Source of the DNA: Octopus sinensis
Taxonomy: Eukaryota
DNA: 42,310 nt
NCBI RefSeq assembly: GCF_006345805.1
Contig: NW_021835225.1
Coordinates: 1-42,310 of the forward strand
Reading direction: 5' to 3'
Of the stretch, positions 22,533-36,084 are shown one piece after another. A program made the translations under genes and the position numbers. The notes under the pieces were generated by a model. It was not told the origin of the DNA, did not search any database, and worked only from the letters and a program-made list of their open reading frames with translations. The stretch's first letter is position 1; the number at the start of each line of letters is the position of its first letter.

Positions 22533-23035
22533 CTTAGTGGATAGGGTGTCAGCATCATGATCGTAAGATTGTGGTTTCGATTCCTGGACCGGGCGGCGCG
22601 TTGCGTTCTTGAGCAAAACACTTCATTTCACGTTGCTCCAGTCCACTCGGATGGCAAAAATGAGTAACGCTGCGATGGACTGGTGTCCCATCCAGTTGGG
22701 GAACACATACGCCATAGAAACCGGGAAACCGGGCCCATGAGCCTGGCCAGGCTTTAAAAGGGCGCATTTATTTGTGGAGGCGCGTGGCTTGGTGGTTAGG
22801 GTGTCAGCACTCTGATCGTAAGATTGTGGTTTTGATTCCTGGACCAGGCGACGCGTTGTGTTCTTGAGCAAAACATTTCATTTCACGTTGCTCCAGTCCA
22901 CTCAGCTGGCAAAAATGAGTAATGCTGCAATGGACTGGCGTCCCGTCCGACTGGGAAACACATAGGCCATAGAAACCAAGAAACCGGGCGCATGAGCTTG
23001 GCTAGGCTTTAAAAAGGACACATTTATTTTATTTA
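22533..23035 (+). mobile_element. SINE family C, two tandem copies (22533-22773 and 22774-23035)
   Basis: A box tggcttggtgg, B-box-like ggtttcgattcc, body ttgagcaaaacacttcatttcacgttgctccagtccactc, tail gatggactggcgtcccgtcc...catttattt. Confidence 0.9.
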
Positions 23036-23069
23036 TGACTCTATATAACCTACAAGCACTCTGGAGTAT

Positions 23070-23600
23070 TTTAGTGTCTTAAAGCAAATCATCTTACTAT
23101 TTTATCCTTAGTATTCATCTGGGTCAGTTTTGGTGATATCTCTCAAGCATTTTCACATGGTTTCTATATGCAGAAGAAGTAGTAAAGAGTATTATCAGTG
23201 TGCACATCGTGTAAACCCAGATTTTTGTGTGATTTGCCGCACTTGCGTTTTCGATTCTAAACATAATGTCAGAACTCTGACTGCCATCTCTGAATATGTC
23301 TCTTCCCAATTATGAAACTATATTCACTACTTCTAATCTGGTGTTTTTACATAGATATTAGGCTTCACATATTGCTTCGCAGGTGCCGGTATGAGCGTCA
23401 TCTTGGCCTCCATTAAATTTATAGTTTGGCCAAAGACATTGCATGCAGCAGAAAATCTGTCCATTTTGATCTGCGTATAATCTTCTGGATGTGCTATAAT
23501 GTCAGCATGGCAGCGAACAAGACTTCTTTAATTAGAGCCAGAAATCTCTTTGATTTATAATTGACGCGTCGCAAATTGAAAATCTTCCCACCCGAACTTC
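23070..23600 (-). mobile_element. RTE-clade LINE reverse transcriptase relic
   Basis: Minus-strand translation GKIFNLRR...IKEVLFA(DD decayed)...MDRFSAACNVFGQTINL...PAP...RIENASAA...YRNHVKMLERYHQ. Confidence 0.85.
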
Positions 23601-23851
23601 AAAATCTTATTTTAATAACTTTATCATTCTCATCATAGTTTTGCGAGGCATAAGATAGCAGTTTAATGGAATATTTTGGAAACAATGTTGCCGTTAAAAT
23701 GTCACCTTGCTTTACACTCACACCCAGACTTGCAAATGGATACACAAGATTTCATGTCGCAACAGATATGCAAATATCGCCGTGTCAAATTAGACAGTCT
23801 AGATACAAATAATATGCATAGCTCAAACAAGCACACACACGTATATATGTG

Positions 23852-23887
<36 letters not shown>

Positions 23888-23969
23888 CGCGTATTCAGTA
23901 GCTGACAGATAAATGTGTTCATTATAGAAGAAACAGTGGCGTTCGAATGGATTTGAACTTAAAATCCGA

Positions 23970-24565
23970 ATTCTCCATCCAAGGCAAAGTCCACCGGGTC
24001 AAGAATGGCTATAAGAAAAATTTCCAAATCGTGTTCATTTGGAATTAGAAATACAGATAAACACAAGTCTATAAATCTGCTATTCTTACCATTCTCTTGT
24101 GTGGGTAACTTATAGACGATACATTAACCAACAATGTAAGGCGGCGAGTTGGCAGAAACTCGCCGGGCGAAATGCTTAACGGTATTTCTTCTGCCGCTAC
24201 GTTCTGAGTTCAAATTCCGCCGAGGTCGACTTTGCCTTTCATCCTTTCGGTGTCGATAAATTAGGCACCAGTTATGCACTGGTTAATCGACTTAATCCGT
24301 TTGTCTGTCCTTGTTTGTACCCTCTGTGTTTAGCCCCTTGTGGCTAGTAAAGAAATAGGTACATTAACCAACAAGACATTTACAAAAGCTGTCTCGGGGC
24401 AATCTCATGTTATTCACTGAAATACAGAGTTTCAAATGCTGACCTGTTTTGTAAGTGTAAAGTTTTTGGGATCGAGAGGTTCCTTATGCAGTCGTAATTG
24501 TACTGAGCTGGCCATGTCGTCAGAATGAGTGACGAAAGAATGCCGAAAGTTTTCATGTACAGTCA
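23970..24565 (+). mobile_element. RTE-clade LINE relic interrupted by SINE A
   Basis: QVYKSAILTILLCG, TYRRYINQ, RVSNADL, GIERFLMQ, AGHVVRMSDERMPKVFMY. Confidence 0.8.
24138..24361 (+). mobile_element. SINE family A, full length, with 15-bp TSD
   Basis: tacattaaccaacaa at 24120-24134 and 24360-24374. Confidence 0.95.
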
Positions 24566-24706
24566 TATATACGACGGGCTTCCTTCAGTTTCCGCCTACC
24601 AAATCCACTCACGAGGATTTGGTCGGCACGAGGCTATAGTAGAAGATTGAACCCGGAACCATGTGGTTGGTAAGCAAGCAACTTACCACACAGCCTCTCC
24701 TGCGCC
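24566..24706 (-). mobile_element. SINE family B, 5' half with internal deletion
   Basis: tatacgacgggcttccttcagtttccg...cttaccacacagcctctcctgcgcc. Confidence 0.9.
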
Positions 24707-24722
24707 TATATATATTATTATA

Positions 24723-24755
<33 letters not shown>

Positions 24756-26414
24756 CTGCGCAATGTACGCACAATGCACAAATGTGCGTAACATTAAGAC
24801 ACAAAGTCATGAACTCACATATGCATATACACGTTTAAAGATGCATATATACACATAGAGAAGAGTAAATAACAATCCCAGTGTTTGCTGAAGAAAAAGA
24901 AGCATACACCATAATCAACAAAGCTGAAGCAACAACAGCAACAACAACAAGAACAGAAACAGCAACTTTACTCTGAAGGAGAACTAACAAAAAAATAGAA
25001 AAAAGATAGAAATAAATTAAATGTGATAAAACAAATATAAAAAACAACAATAGAAAAGTTAAAATGAAGAATAAACCATAACTGAACGAAAAAATTAATA
25101 AATAAAACGAACAGCCATCTTAACTTCATTCTAATTATTTATTAGTATTCAGGAATAAAAATCAAACATGTCCGTTCAACGACCAACTCACACCTATTTT
25201 TATGACTCAGCCTCACTAAAATTAGCGTTTTATTTTATCCAATTAGCTACTTCAGATGCAGCTTTTCAAATAATACTATTTTCCTGACTACTTCTCAATT
25301 TTTTTCCAGTTTTTTTCTTCATTTAAATACTTCACAACCCCGCTCCGACTACCAACCAGCCGACCTACCGACTGACGAACCAACAAACCATCCAACAACA
25401 AATATCACCAATTTCTTGTATTCAAAATTCTCCATTTTTTTCTCTACATATGACCGACATTTTTCTTTTAATAGTTAAAGCCGCCATTTTTATCTTAACT
25501 CTCTTAAAAATTTTGTCGATTTATCTCCCTTTTTTGTTGTTATTGTTCTTGGTGGTGGTGCTGGTGGCGCTAGTGTTTCTATTACTGTTGTTTCTGTTGA
25601 TTGGAGTTAGTAAATGTGTTGTATTGTTATTGTTGGAGTTGTTTTGTGGTGATACAGCGTTGATTATGATGTTAGTTTTGATGCTGCTGCTACTCTGATG
25701 TTATTGTTGTTGTTGTTTTTGTCGTCGATTGGTTGTTATGGTAACAATAATGAAGGTGGTGTTGGAGGTCACGATGCTGGCGTTGCAGTTCTTGATGATT
25801 TTTATGGCATTGTTTAATCTGTTGTTGCTGCTATTATTACAACTGCTTTTGATGTGGTTGTTGTCTCCATAATTTAACTACCATTGTTAATTTAAACATA
25901 TTAATATTGTTTGTGTTGTTGTTCCTCTTGTTCAATCTCAGACCAGTCTTGATCAGGAAAACAATGATCAAAAGCATTCCAATTAGGACCACCTTGTATA
26001 TTTATGAGGAAGGAGAGGATATCAAGAAAACACATTCTCCAATGCGCCCACGACGTTTCATGACGGCAGGCTGCTGTGATTTGAGAGAAATTTAGCTGTT
26101 ATTTCCAACAAATTGAATAACCATGTAGAAGCATCCTCGTTGTCTTGTTAATGGAAAAACGACGACAGACAGAGTGAAACTCAGAGCACTTTACAAGGCC
26201 CCCGAAGCTGTGGGCGCGAGGGAGAAAACCTCAAATCGGGAACTTCGTCTGAATCCTTGCAAACGAACAAATTCAGTTAAAAGCATCTCAAACCCAGGTG
26301 AGAGTGTCAAATAAGGCGACGGGTTACGTCTATTACCGGTGTAGACCGTGGCAGAATTTGAACTTAGAACTCAAAAACCGGAAGCAAATACAACAAAATA
26401 TCTCGGCCCCACAC

Positions 26415-26650
26415 TACCTATTTCTTTACTACCCACAAGGGGCTAAACATAGGGAGGACAAACAAGGACAGACAAAGGGATGATGTCGATTATATCGACC
26501 CCAGTGCGTAACTGGTACTTAATTTATCGAACCCGAAAGGATGAAAGGTAAAGTCGACCTCGGCGGAATTTGAACCCAGAACGTAGCGGCACCGAAATAC
26601 CGCTAGGCATTTCGCCCGCCGTGCTAACGTTTCTGCCAGCTCGCCGCCTT
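26415..26650 (-). mobile_element. SINE family A, full length, with 11-bp TSD
   Basis: tcggccccaca at 26403-26413 and 26650-26660. It abuts an older A-like relic at about 26340-26400. Confidence 0.95.
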
Positions 26651-27130
26651 CGGCCCCACAAAACCATTAGTCTACTGTCTTAGATCGGTTCCTTTATTTG
26701 ATAGGATCACTGAAGAATGAGACAACGTTGACGTTGGTGGGATTTGAGCAGAGAATGCAAGGAATCGAAGCAAATGCCAGAAGGCATTTCGTGGGGTGTT
26801 CCAGGTTGATTTAGTGAGAAAATGGCCGAATTTTCCAAAGACACGTGTTCAAGCCATATTTACAGCCATAATAAAGGAATGCGAATAAAGTTTCCGTGTA
26901 TTGTTTCAATGCAAAGACTGAGTAAAATCTGAGGTTTCGGTAAAAAAAGAAATCTTACTCAAAACGTCACGAAATGGGTTCGAACCTCGAATTTTGTGGT
27001 TGCGAATCCAACTCCTTATCCATTCGTCTATCGTCGCATCGTACTAGAATCTACACCAGCGGTTCTCAACCGCGGCTCCCAGCGTTGCATTCTGCTCCTA
27101 CGATGGTCTTCGCACTTTTAAATTCGCTTC

Positions 27131-27765
27131 CTCAAATTCCGCCGAGGTTATCCTTTCGGGGTCGATAAATTAAGTAAAAGTAAAGTACAGGGGTCGATGT
27201 AATCAACTAGTTCCCTCCCGCAAATTTCAGTACAAAGCACTCTTTTGCACGTTTAAGGCTGCAGGATCGCAAAATCGTTAGCATGCCGGGTGAAATGTTT
27301 AGCGGCATTTCGTCCGCCTTTAAGTTCGGAATTCAAGCTCCACCGAGCTCTGAATCGATCAGTTAACTACGGGTGGAGTACTAGGGTCGATGTAATCGAC
27401 TTAATCCCTCCCTCCAAAATTTCAGGCCTCGTGCCTTCACTACAAGGGATTTTTTGCACGTATTGCAGCTAATAAACTGATCTGCCTGAGGATCGAACCA
27501 CAAGCCTCTCCTATAACAGTCGGCCGGTCCGCCGTGTTACCGATCATAGCAAGGCGCCTATTGTACACCATCTGTATCGGTTTCAAATTTTGGCACAAAG
27601 CCAGCAACTTTTTGCTGCGGGGTAAAGTCGATTACATTGACTCAAATGTTCAATTGCTACATATTTTATCGACCCCGAAAGTATGGAAAGAAAAGTCGAT
27701 CTCTTGGGGGAGGGGCAAAGACGGACGAAATGCCGCAAAGCATTTTTGCCAGCCAGCTAACGACT
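27131..27765. mobile_element. Three decayed family A fragments with alternative tails (27131-27230 +, 27258-27450 +, 27578-27765 -)
   Basis: Motifs cctttcggggtcgataaattaagta, gggtcgatgtaatcgact and ttatcgaccccgaaag. Confidence 0.75.
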
Positions 27766-28072
27766 ATCATCTGATCACCTCATAGTACGCCATTTATAAT
27801 ACACACGCACACACACACACACACACACACACTGACACAGAGTAATACAGAGCGAAATTGCTGCTACATGCGCAAACAGAACTACACACGAAGTAGAGAG
27901 GAAGAAAGAAAGACAAACTAAGAAAGAAAGACTAACGGACACAGACACACAAACACATATACACTCACAACTGCTTAAGACCCAAATAATACATTCCTTC
28001 TTCTGTATGCCTTCCCACCGCCATCTCCAACAAACATACATGAGTTAATATTTCATACAGTTTACCCAATAA

Positions 28073-29170
<1,098 letters not shown>

Positions 29171-29769
29171 TGTGTGAGTGTATGTGTGTATGTATCTTTC
29201 TCTGTCTCCGTCTCTCGCTCACTCAATATCATTTCTTCATATTTCTTTCTCTCTCTCTCACTCCTCACTCTCTCTCACTCTCCTTCACTCTCTTTCTCGT
29301 TCTCTCTCCCCTTTTCAACATCTCTCGATTTCTCTCTCATTCTCCACCCCACCACCACCACCACCACCACCACCACCACCCCACCGCCACTTCTCCCATT
29401 AATTTCGCGAAACACGTTCGAAGGCAAGAAGAACATTGGTGAACCACAGAGAATAAGGCAAATGGCTCCTGAAGGAGAATATGGCAAATATACTAATTGA
29501 ATCCACTCTTGTCAAATGCGTTGGAAACCTTCGTAGAATGGCCAAGTACATTCTAGAAATATATGATTAAAAAGACCACTATAAACATATATATACATAT
29601 TTACATATATACATATGTATGTATATTCGTAGACAAAGCTTATACATAGTCACACACAAACGTACACGTAAATACATATTTATGAACTGTACATTTCTAT
29701 GAAACTATGTATCCGTCTGTCTGTCTGCCTGCCTGCCTGTCTGTCTGTCCGTCTCCATCTCTTTCATTT

Positions 29770-30103
29770 TCTTTCTTTTTCTCTCTCTCTCTCTCTCTCA
29801 CACACACACGCACATATATATGTAGACATAAACATGTTTAACATCAGATGGATATATGCATATATATATACACACACACATACATGCGAGTACATATACA
29901 TATTTATCAACATTACTACTGCGTTTGTATACGTATATAATATATGTGTGTGTGTGTAGACATACATACATACTACATACATACATACATATATATTATA
30001 TGTATGTATATATATATACCCATCTATGAAATTATATGTATATACATATAAATACAACACACCCATAAATATATATTATTTATAATGCTTATATAAGTAT
30101 ATA

Positions 30104-30164
<61 letters not shown>

Positions 30165-30180
30165 GCCTATATACACACAC
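29770..30180. repeat. (CT)/(CA)/(TA) low-complexity tract
   Basis: Read directly from the sequence. Confidence 0.85.
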
Positions 30181-30640
30181 CACATAGAGGCAGCAATAGA
30201 ACATAAAAACAACGAAAAACGTGCAAGAATGATAATTGGTAAATATTGGCAAAAAATTAGATGAACTTGAACAAAAGTGATTGAAAATAGGAAAGAGAAC
30301 TGAACGAAGAGGAAAAATTAAGTTTGAATGACGAAAATGGGTGAAAATGATAGAAAATGAATGGGGCAGAAAGACGACTGTGCGCATGCGTCACTGCGTA
30401 TGCGAGGGTTTCTGCGTATGTATGTATTTATTTTCTCTGTGTATGTGCCTGGGTGTATGTGCGTATATATGTGTCTGTGTCTGAAAAGTGAACGAAGTTG
30501 AAAAGAAATATGGCCAGAAATTTTTGTGAAAATGACAAAAAAACCCAGCGAAATAACAAAATTACAAAAACAAAACGAGAAACCGATGGCGGAAAAGAAC
30601 TGAAACGAGGCAAAATTTAATGAATCTAAGCTTGGAAGTT

Positions 30641-30790
30641 GTGAAGACGTAGTGGCCCAGTGGTTAGGTGGTTTGAAGTTGTGATCTGAAACCCGTAGGT
30701 CTGATTGCCGGATCGAGTGGTACCTTGTATTCCTCGGAAAGACAATTCATTTTACTTTGTTCCATTCTACTCAACCGAATGAATATTTGA
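30641..30790 (+). mobile_element. Highly decayed C-group SINE head
   Basis: gtgaagacgtagtggcccagtggttagg...cttgtattcctcggaaagacaattcattttactttgttccattctactca aligns loosely with the C head and body. Confidence 0.5.
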
Positions 30791-31083
30791 TGTTTGATGC
30801 AGAATGTCACTTCGTAGACCATTAGTCTAAAATCTTACGTATACACTCACGATGTGGATGCGCCTCGATGGCTTCAGCACATTGGACGGTGTGTAGAAAA
30901 GTTAATGTAAGATAAAAGACGTAAAAATGACCACATAGAAATATCTATGTAGTTGGTATGATAAAAATTAATAAAAAGAGAGTGATTATGTGTTTAAGAA
31001 GAAACTAGGCTAAACTGAAAGAAATCAGGTAAAAACAGAAAGAAAAACAGAGTGAAATATATGTAGATGAAGAAAATGGGTTT

Positions 31084-31487
31084 GAGTTGTTTTGGCGCTG
31101 CTGATTTGGCATCGCTTTTGGGCGCCGCTGATTCGAGGCTGATTTGTTTGACATCAGAGGTTTTAATGTTTTTCTCATCTTGGTGTTGTGTCTCGTTCTC
31201 TTTCTTTTCCTTCCTCCCCTCACTCTGTTTATGTGTATATAACTTTCTATGCGTACGATGGTGGGAAAGTGCTTATGTCAATAGTGTTAAATTAAAAAAT
31301 CGTAATGTCTCGCTCTTTTTTCTATCTGTATGTGTATATTTCTGCGCGCACATACGACACATGTGTGTGTATGTGTGTGTGCATGTTTACTCCCATCGCC
31401 AAAGATATCGTCGCCAAAAATAAAAGCCGAACGTCTAGCTAATAGCGCCAAATGACTAGCGTCCAAATAGCTGCGCCAAACCGTCTC
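31084..31487. mobile_element. Putative fold-back/MITE element with iterated tttggcgc motifs
   Basis: Left end gagttgttttggcgctgctgatttgg versus the reverse complement of the right end gagacggtttggcgcagctatttgg. Additional cgccaaa copies lie inside the right arm. Confidence 0.5.
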
Positions 31488-31694
31488 TTTATGTGAAAAA
31501 CAAAGAGAAATAAAGAAATGGGAATAACGACAAACTAAAGTTAAACAAATGACCGAGAAAATGTGATAAAGGTAAGAGAACAAGGAATTTAATTAGTTAA
31601 AGGTAAAAATATCGGAACGAAAATATTGAAAGGTGAAAGGAAAACAAAACCAAAAAAAAAAGAAAAAATTACAGGTGAATTTGAAATAAATATT

Positions 31695-32112
31695 AAGTTC
31701 TTTTAGTTTTACACCTGTTATAAGCATTGAACTGCTGTCGTGCTGGTTCAACACCTTGAAGAATTTAGTTGATCAACTCGACTCCAGTAATACTTTCAGT
31801 CTGATCTCATTTAAGTTTATCGGTAACTTCAGTCGAACCGCTAGCTTACGTGAATGTAAACATATTAAAACCTGTTTGTTATCAAGCGGTGATGGGATGT
31901 AAAAACAAACACAAGGACAAACCATCGTGTGTGCTTATGTCCGTACATGTAATGGAGGCATTACTGAAGATTCATAGATATTATAAATAATATTCAATAA
32001 CATCTTATGGATGTGAAAATGTCCTCACAAATGAACATGCGGGATGCCGAAACCTATGTCACAATACGTTAGTAAAGTTTAAAATTGTCCACCCACAAGT
32101 CATTTTCGTTAC

Positions 32113-32187
<75 letters not shown>

Positions 32188-32270
32188 TATTGATATATGG
32201 TGAGGTTCCACACAGTTCTATCTCTCAAATTTACTCATAAGGTTCCATGCAATGGGACTGAATTGGTAAC
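31695..32270 (-). mobile_element. Old SINE family B relic, fragmented, including a perfect (TG)n at about 32117-32184
   Basis: Decayed tgctggttcaacaccttgaag, tcgaaccgctagcttacg, tcaagcggtgatggg and aatgggactgaa. Confidence 0.55.
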
Positions 32271-32522
32271 CATATAATTCTAAAGAAATTAGATTAAAAT
32301 GTGAGAAGAAGAAGAAGAAGAGGAGGAGGAGGAGGAGGAGGAAGAAGAAGAAGAAGAAGAAGAAGAGAAGAAAGAAGAAGAAGAGTACTTGACAATTAAG
32401 TCCAAGTGCAGTGTGTATTATACTTGTTCAATTCACATCCGGACCTGGTTTCCGATTTCAGAAAACCTAGCCCGAGTTTTTGAAAGATAGTTGGCTCTAC
32501 AAATCACACCTGAGGTCTAAGT

Positions 32523-32773
32523 CAGTGTTTCCCAACCAAATTTTACCTGTGGATCCCTCTAACTTCTATTTTAATCAAGTGGACCCTCTATAGTTACTCA
32601 ATGTTTTAAAAATCCTATTGTATTTTTATATTTAAATGTTATTAGAAACTGTTTTAAGATATTGGTAAAACATTATGTGTATAGTAGAAGTAAAACCAAA
32701 TTATTGTGGGTTTTAGGAACAAAATTTTACATGGAACCCCAAGGACCTTACGGATCCCGTTTGAGAACAACTG
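32523..32773. mobile_element. hAT-type MITE, about 250 bp
   Basis: TIRs cagtgtttcccaac and tttgagaacaactg; same layout as 15216-15465. Confidence 0.7.
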
Positions 32774-32819
32774 GGTCCGTTAAACCAGGTGACAATTCAA
32801 GTTACCCTTTCAAGAGCAG

Positions 32820-33020
32820 GTGCGGTTCCTTTCTCAGGCCTTCACATATTTTCACTTTACCAAATTCCATTCCGAATTTTTTGGTCGACCCGTGGACTGT
32901 CGAAGAGGAGGAAAGACACTTTGTCAAAGTATTGCACAGTGGAGGAAATGAACCCGTAATCTTGTTATTCATGTTGTTGCGAAGCGAATTTCTTAACCAC
33001 AAAGGCTGTACCTGTGCCAT
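32820..33020 (-). mobile_element. Old SINE family B, 5' half
   Basis: taccaaattccatt...ttggtcgacccg...aagacactt...tgaaccc...cttaaccac...cctgtgcc. Confidence 0.6.
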
Positions 33021-33399
33021 CTTTAAAACTGGAAGATAAGAGTAGATTCGATAATGTAATTAAGGGCAGAGAGAAAATTGAAGCGAAAATTACGAAATAA
33101 AATAACAAAAAGGCAAAAAAAAAAAATGAAAGGAAAGAGGAAGGAATGAAGGAGAGAAGGAATAACTGAAGAATAATGAAGGGATGAAAAATGTAAATGT
33201 GATTATAAACTGGTTGTAAGAAGTGAGAAATTGGAAAATGGATGCTATAAATATGAATTAATATATCGCTGACATTAGCCCCGCAGCAACTATAATAGCT
33301 TCGCACTATTGAATAAAATGAGCTTTTAACTTAGGCACTCCTTTACTGCTGGGTTCCACTTTCTTTTCTTTCAAATGCTCTTTCGTCCTCTCCCTCCCT

Positions 33400-33621
33400 C
33401 CCTCTCTTACTTTTCTCTCTCTCCCTCTCTTCTTCTTCTTCTTCGTCTTCGTCTTCTTCTTATTTTTCTTCTTCTCCTTCTTCTTCTTCTTCTTGTTTTT
33501 CTTCTTCTTCTTCTTCTTGTTTTTCTTCTTCTTCTTTTTCTTCTTGTTTTTCTTTTCTTCTTCTTCTTCTTCGTTCTTCTCTTCTCTTCTTCTTCTCTTC
33601 TTTCTCTCTTTTCTTCTTCTT

Positions 33622-33652
<31 letters not shown>

Positions 33653-34140
33653 TTATTATTATTCTATTTCGTCTCCTTCTTCTACTTCTTCTCTTCTTCT
33701 TCTTCTGCTCCTTCTCTTCTTCTTCTCTCTTCTATCTTCTTCTTTTCTTTCTTCGTTCTTCTTCTTCTTCTTCTTCTCCTTCTTCGTCTCCTTCTTCTCT
33801 TTCTTCTGCTTCTTCTTCTTCTCTTCTGTCTTATCTTATTATTATCTATTTTCGTCCGCCTTCTTCTCCTCTTCTTCTCTTCCTCTTCTTCTTCTCCTTC
33901 TTCTCCTTCTTCTTCTCCTTCTTCTCCTTCTTCTTCTTTTTCCTCTTCTTCTTCGCCCCTCGTTTCCTTTTCTCTGTCTTCCATTACATTCCCACCTTTC
34001 GTTCCTTCTTTTCTTATAGTTCTATCTCTCCCTCTCTTTTCCTCTTCTCTTTCTTCCATTCTTTCCTTCTTTCTTTCTTTCTTTATTTCTTGCCTTCCTT
34101 CTTTCTTTCTTTCCTTCTCTCTCTCTCATTCATTTATTCA
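33400..34140. repeat. Imperfect (CTT)n / (CTTT)n polypyrimidine tract
   Basis: Read directly from the sequence. Confidence 0.95.
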
Positions 34141-34339
34141 TTCTAATCTCCTTCTAAAGTGGTTTGTCAAGACCACTTAACAACTGGATTGACCATTCAT
34201 GCCAGCTTTATATTAGATGCTCCACAAACCACCCCCACCCGTCCTCAATCCTTTCCGCCCCCCCCCCTCTCCAAATATATATACACTCGTACACCTCAGG
34301 GGAAATTTAACCCGAAATCGACACCATCCGAATTCTATA

Positions 34340-34680
34340 CACATACACATACACCACGCACACACACACACACACACAAATATGCATGCACACACATACA
34401 CACACACTCACATACACACTCATACAGTCTTTCACTATCTAATACACATTCACCGACACACACACAAACTGATGCATATACACACATACGTACATACACA
34501 TGTACCCATAGACACACATACACATTCACTCATTCATTCTCACACGCAATCACACACAAACACTATCACCTCCACACTCATACACACACACACACTGCAT
34601 CACCACCATTACCATCACCACCACCACCACTACCATCACCACCATCACCACACTACCACCACCATCAATATCAATACCAC
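34340..34680. repeat. Degenerate (CA)n followed by (CAC)n
   Basis: Read directly from the sequence. Confidence 0.85.
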
Positions 34681-34965
34681 CGCAAGTCCTCATTGCTGAT
34701 TGGCTGACTTGTGTTAGCCGTTTAGTTTCCATATATACCTTCCATTCCAATATTCTGTTCGTCTGTTCTTCGGCTATTCTACTATTCCGTTCGTTTTACG
34801 ATTCTACAACAAGCAGCCAATGGAAAGATCCTTGCAAGGTCTATGAGACAATCGCACCTGAAATGTGTGTATGTGTGTGTTGCTTAATATCAAACGAATA
34901 AGAAGGGAGTGCTCAATACACGTTGTATATAAGATGCATGAAGAAATACATACATACATACATAC

Positions 34966-35012
<47 letters not shown>

Positions 35013-35016
<4 letters not shown>

Positions 35017-35550
35017 CGTGATCACCGTGACCGACCAGTCTATCTGATGTTAAGTTAGTTAAGTTAAGTTCATTTTTTGGCTCAAAAAGCAAAAAGCAAG
35101 GCCATGTAGGGGCACATGGAGTTATGTACAGGGAGACTGTTCATGCAAAGAGTTCAGGCCATTTCTGGTCAAGAGAGACTTTGAACCGAGCGGTCGTCGG
35201 CATCTTCACTATCTCGTCCGGCAGCTTATTCCACGAACCCGCAACCCGGACGGAGAAAGCCCCTCTCCTTCGATTGAGATGAAAACGTCGTAGATAGAGC
35301 TTTTCGGAGTGACCCCGCAGCCTACGCTCTGGAGCAGGAGTGAAGAACAGCTCTTTCGAGAGGTTACACTTTCCGCTTATGATGTTGTGAGCAAGAATGA
35401 GATCACTACGGCGTCGTCGTTTTTCTAGAGAATAAAGATCGAGCGTCTTCAGCCTTTCCTCATAAGACAAATGTTTATCGCTGGTCACAATGCACTACGC
35501 ATTGTTTTAGCCTTCAAATGACACGTTACCCCGCTGGCTAAGCGAGCAGG

Positions 35551-35553
<3 letters not shown>
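35013..35553 (-). mobile_element. SINE family F tail, split by a CR1 insertion
   Basis: 35030-35050 and 35477-35553 together match the contiguous stretch 12763-12862. Confidence 0.75.
35050..35476 (-). mobile_element. 5'-truncated CR1-clade LINE (ORF2 C-terminus, 3' UTR, (AACTT)n tail)
   Basis: Uninterrupted LSYEERLKTLDLYSLEKRRRRSDLI...RGHSEKL...FSVRVAGSWNKLP...FKVSLD with a stop at 35141. The terminus is aacttaacttaactaactta. Confidence 0.92.
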
Positions 35554-35596
<43 letters not shown>

Positions 35597-35628
35597 GTGT
35601 CTGTTCCGTGATAGAAAATTATATGTAT

Positions 35629-35940
35629 GTGAAGGCGCGTAATATAATGGTTAGGGTATTCGGCTCAAGATCGTAAGGACGTGAGTTCAACTCCCGACGA
35701 CGTGTTGTGTCCTTGGTCAAGGCACTTTATTTCAAATTGTTCCAGTCCAATCAGCTGGATGGAAAAAATGAATTTCAAAGGGTCAGCCTTGGCACACTTG
35801 AGTCACCTTGAATCTCCCTGAGAACTACGTTAAGGGTATGCGTGTCTGTAGAGTACTCAGTCACTTGCACATTAGATTCACCATGATGCCGTTCTGTTGA
35901 TTGGATCAATTAGAACTCTGATCCTCGTAAGCGACGTAGC
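35629..35940 (+). mobile_element. SINE family E (C-type head, distinct tail)
   Basis: gtgaaggcgcg...gagttcaactcc...ttgtgtccttggtcaaggcactttatttc...tcaaagggtcagccttggcacac...cgtaagcgacg; homologous to 37531-38280. Confidence 0.8.
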
Positions 35941-35950
35941 GCTTATAATT

Positions 35951-36011
<61 letters not shown>

Positions 36012-36084
36012 GCACACACACACAATAGATGTATAAATGTATTCTTTTTTCTTGTATTTTTTTGAAATGGTATTAGTTGTAAGA

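Noticed and set aside
25930-26150. Possible additional dispersed repeat fragments
   Set aside because: They look repeat-like, but there is no second copy or diagnostic motif in the window to support a call.
30379-30390. TGCGCATGCG (NRF1-like) promoter motif
   Set aside because: It is isolated, and similar strings arise repeatedly from the alternating purine-pyrimidine repeats in this window (for example near 17408 and 18148).
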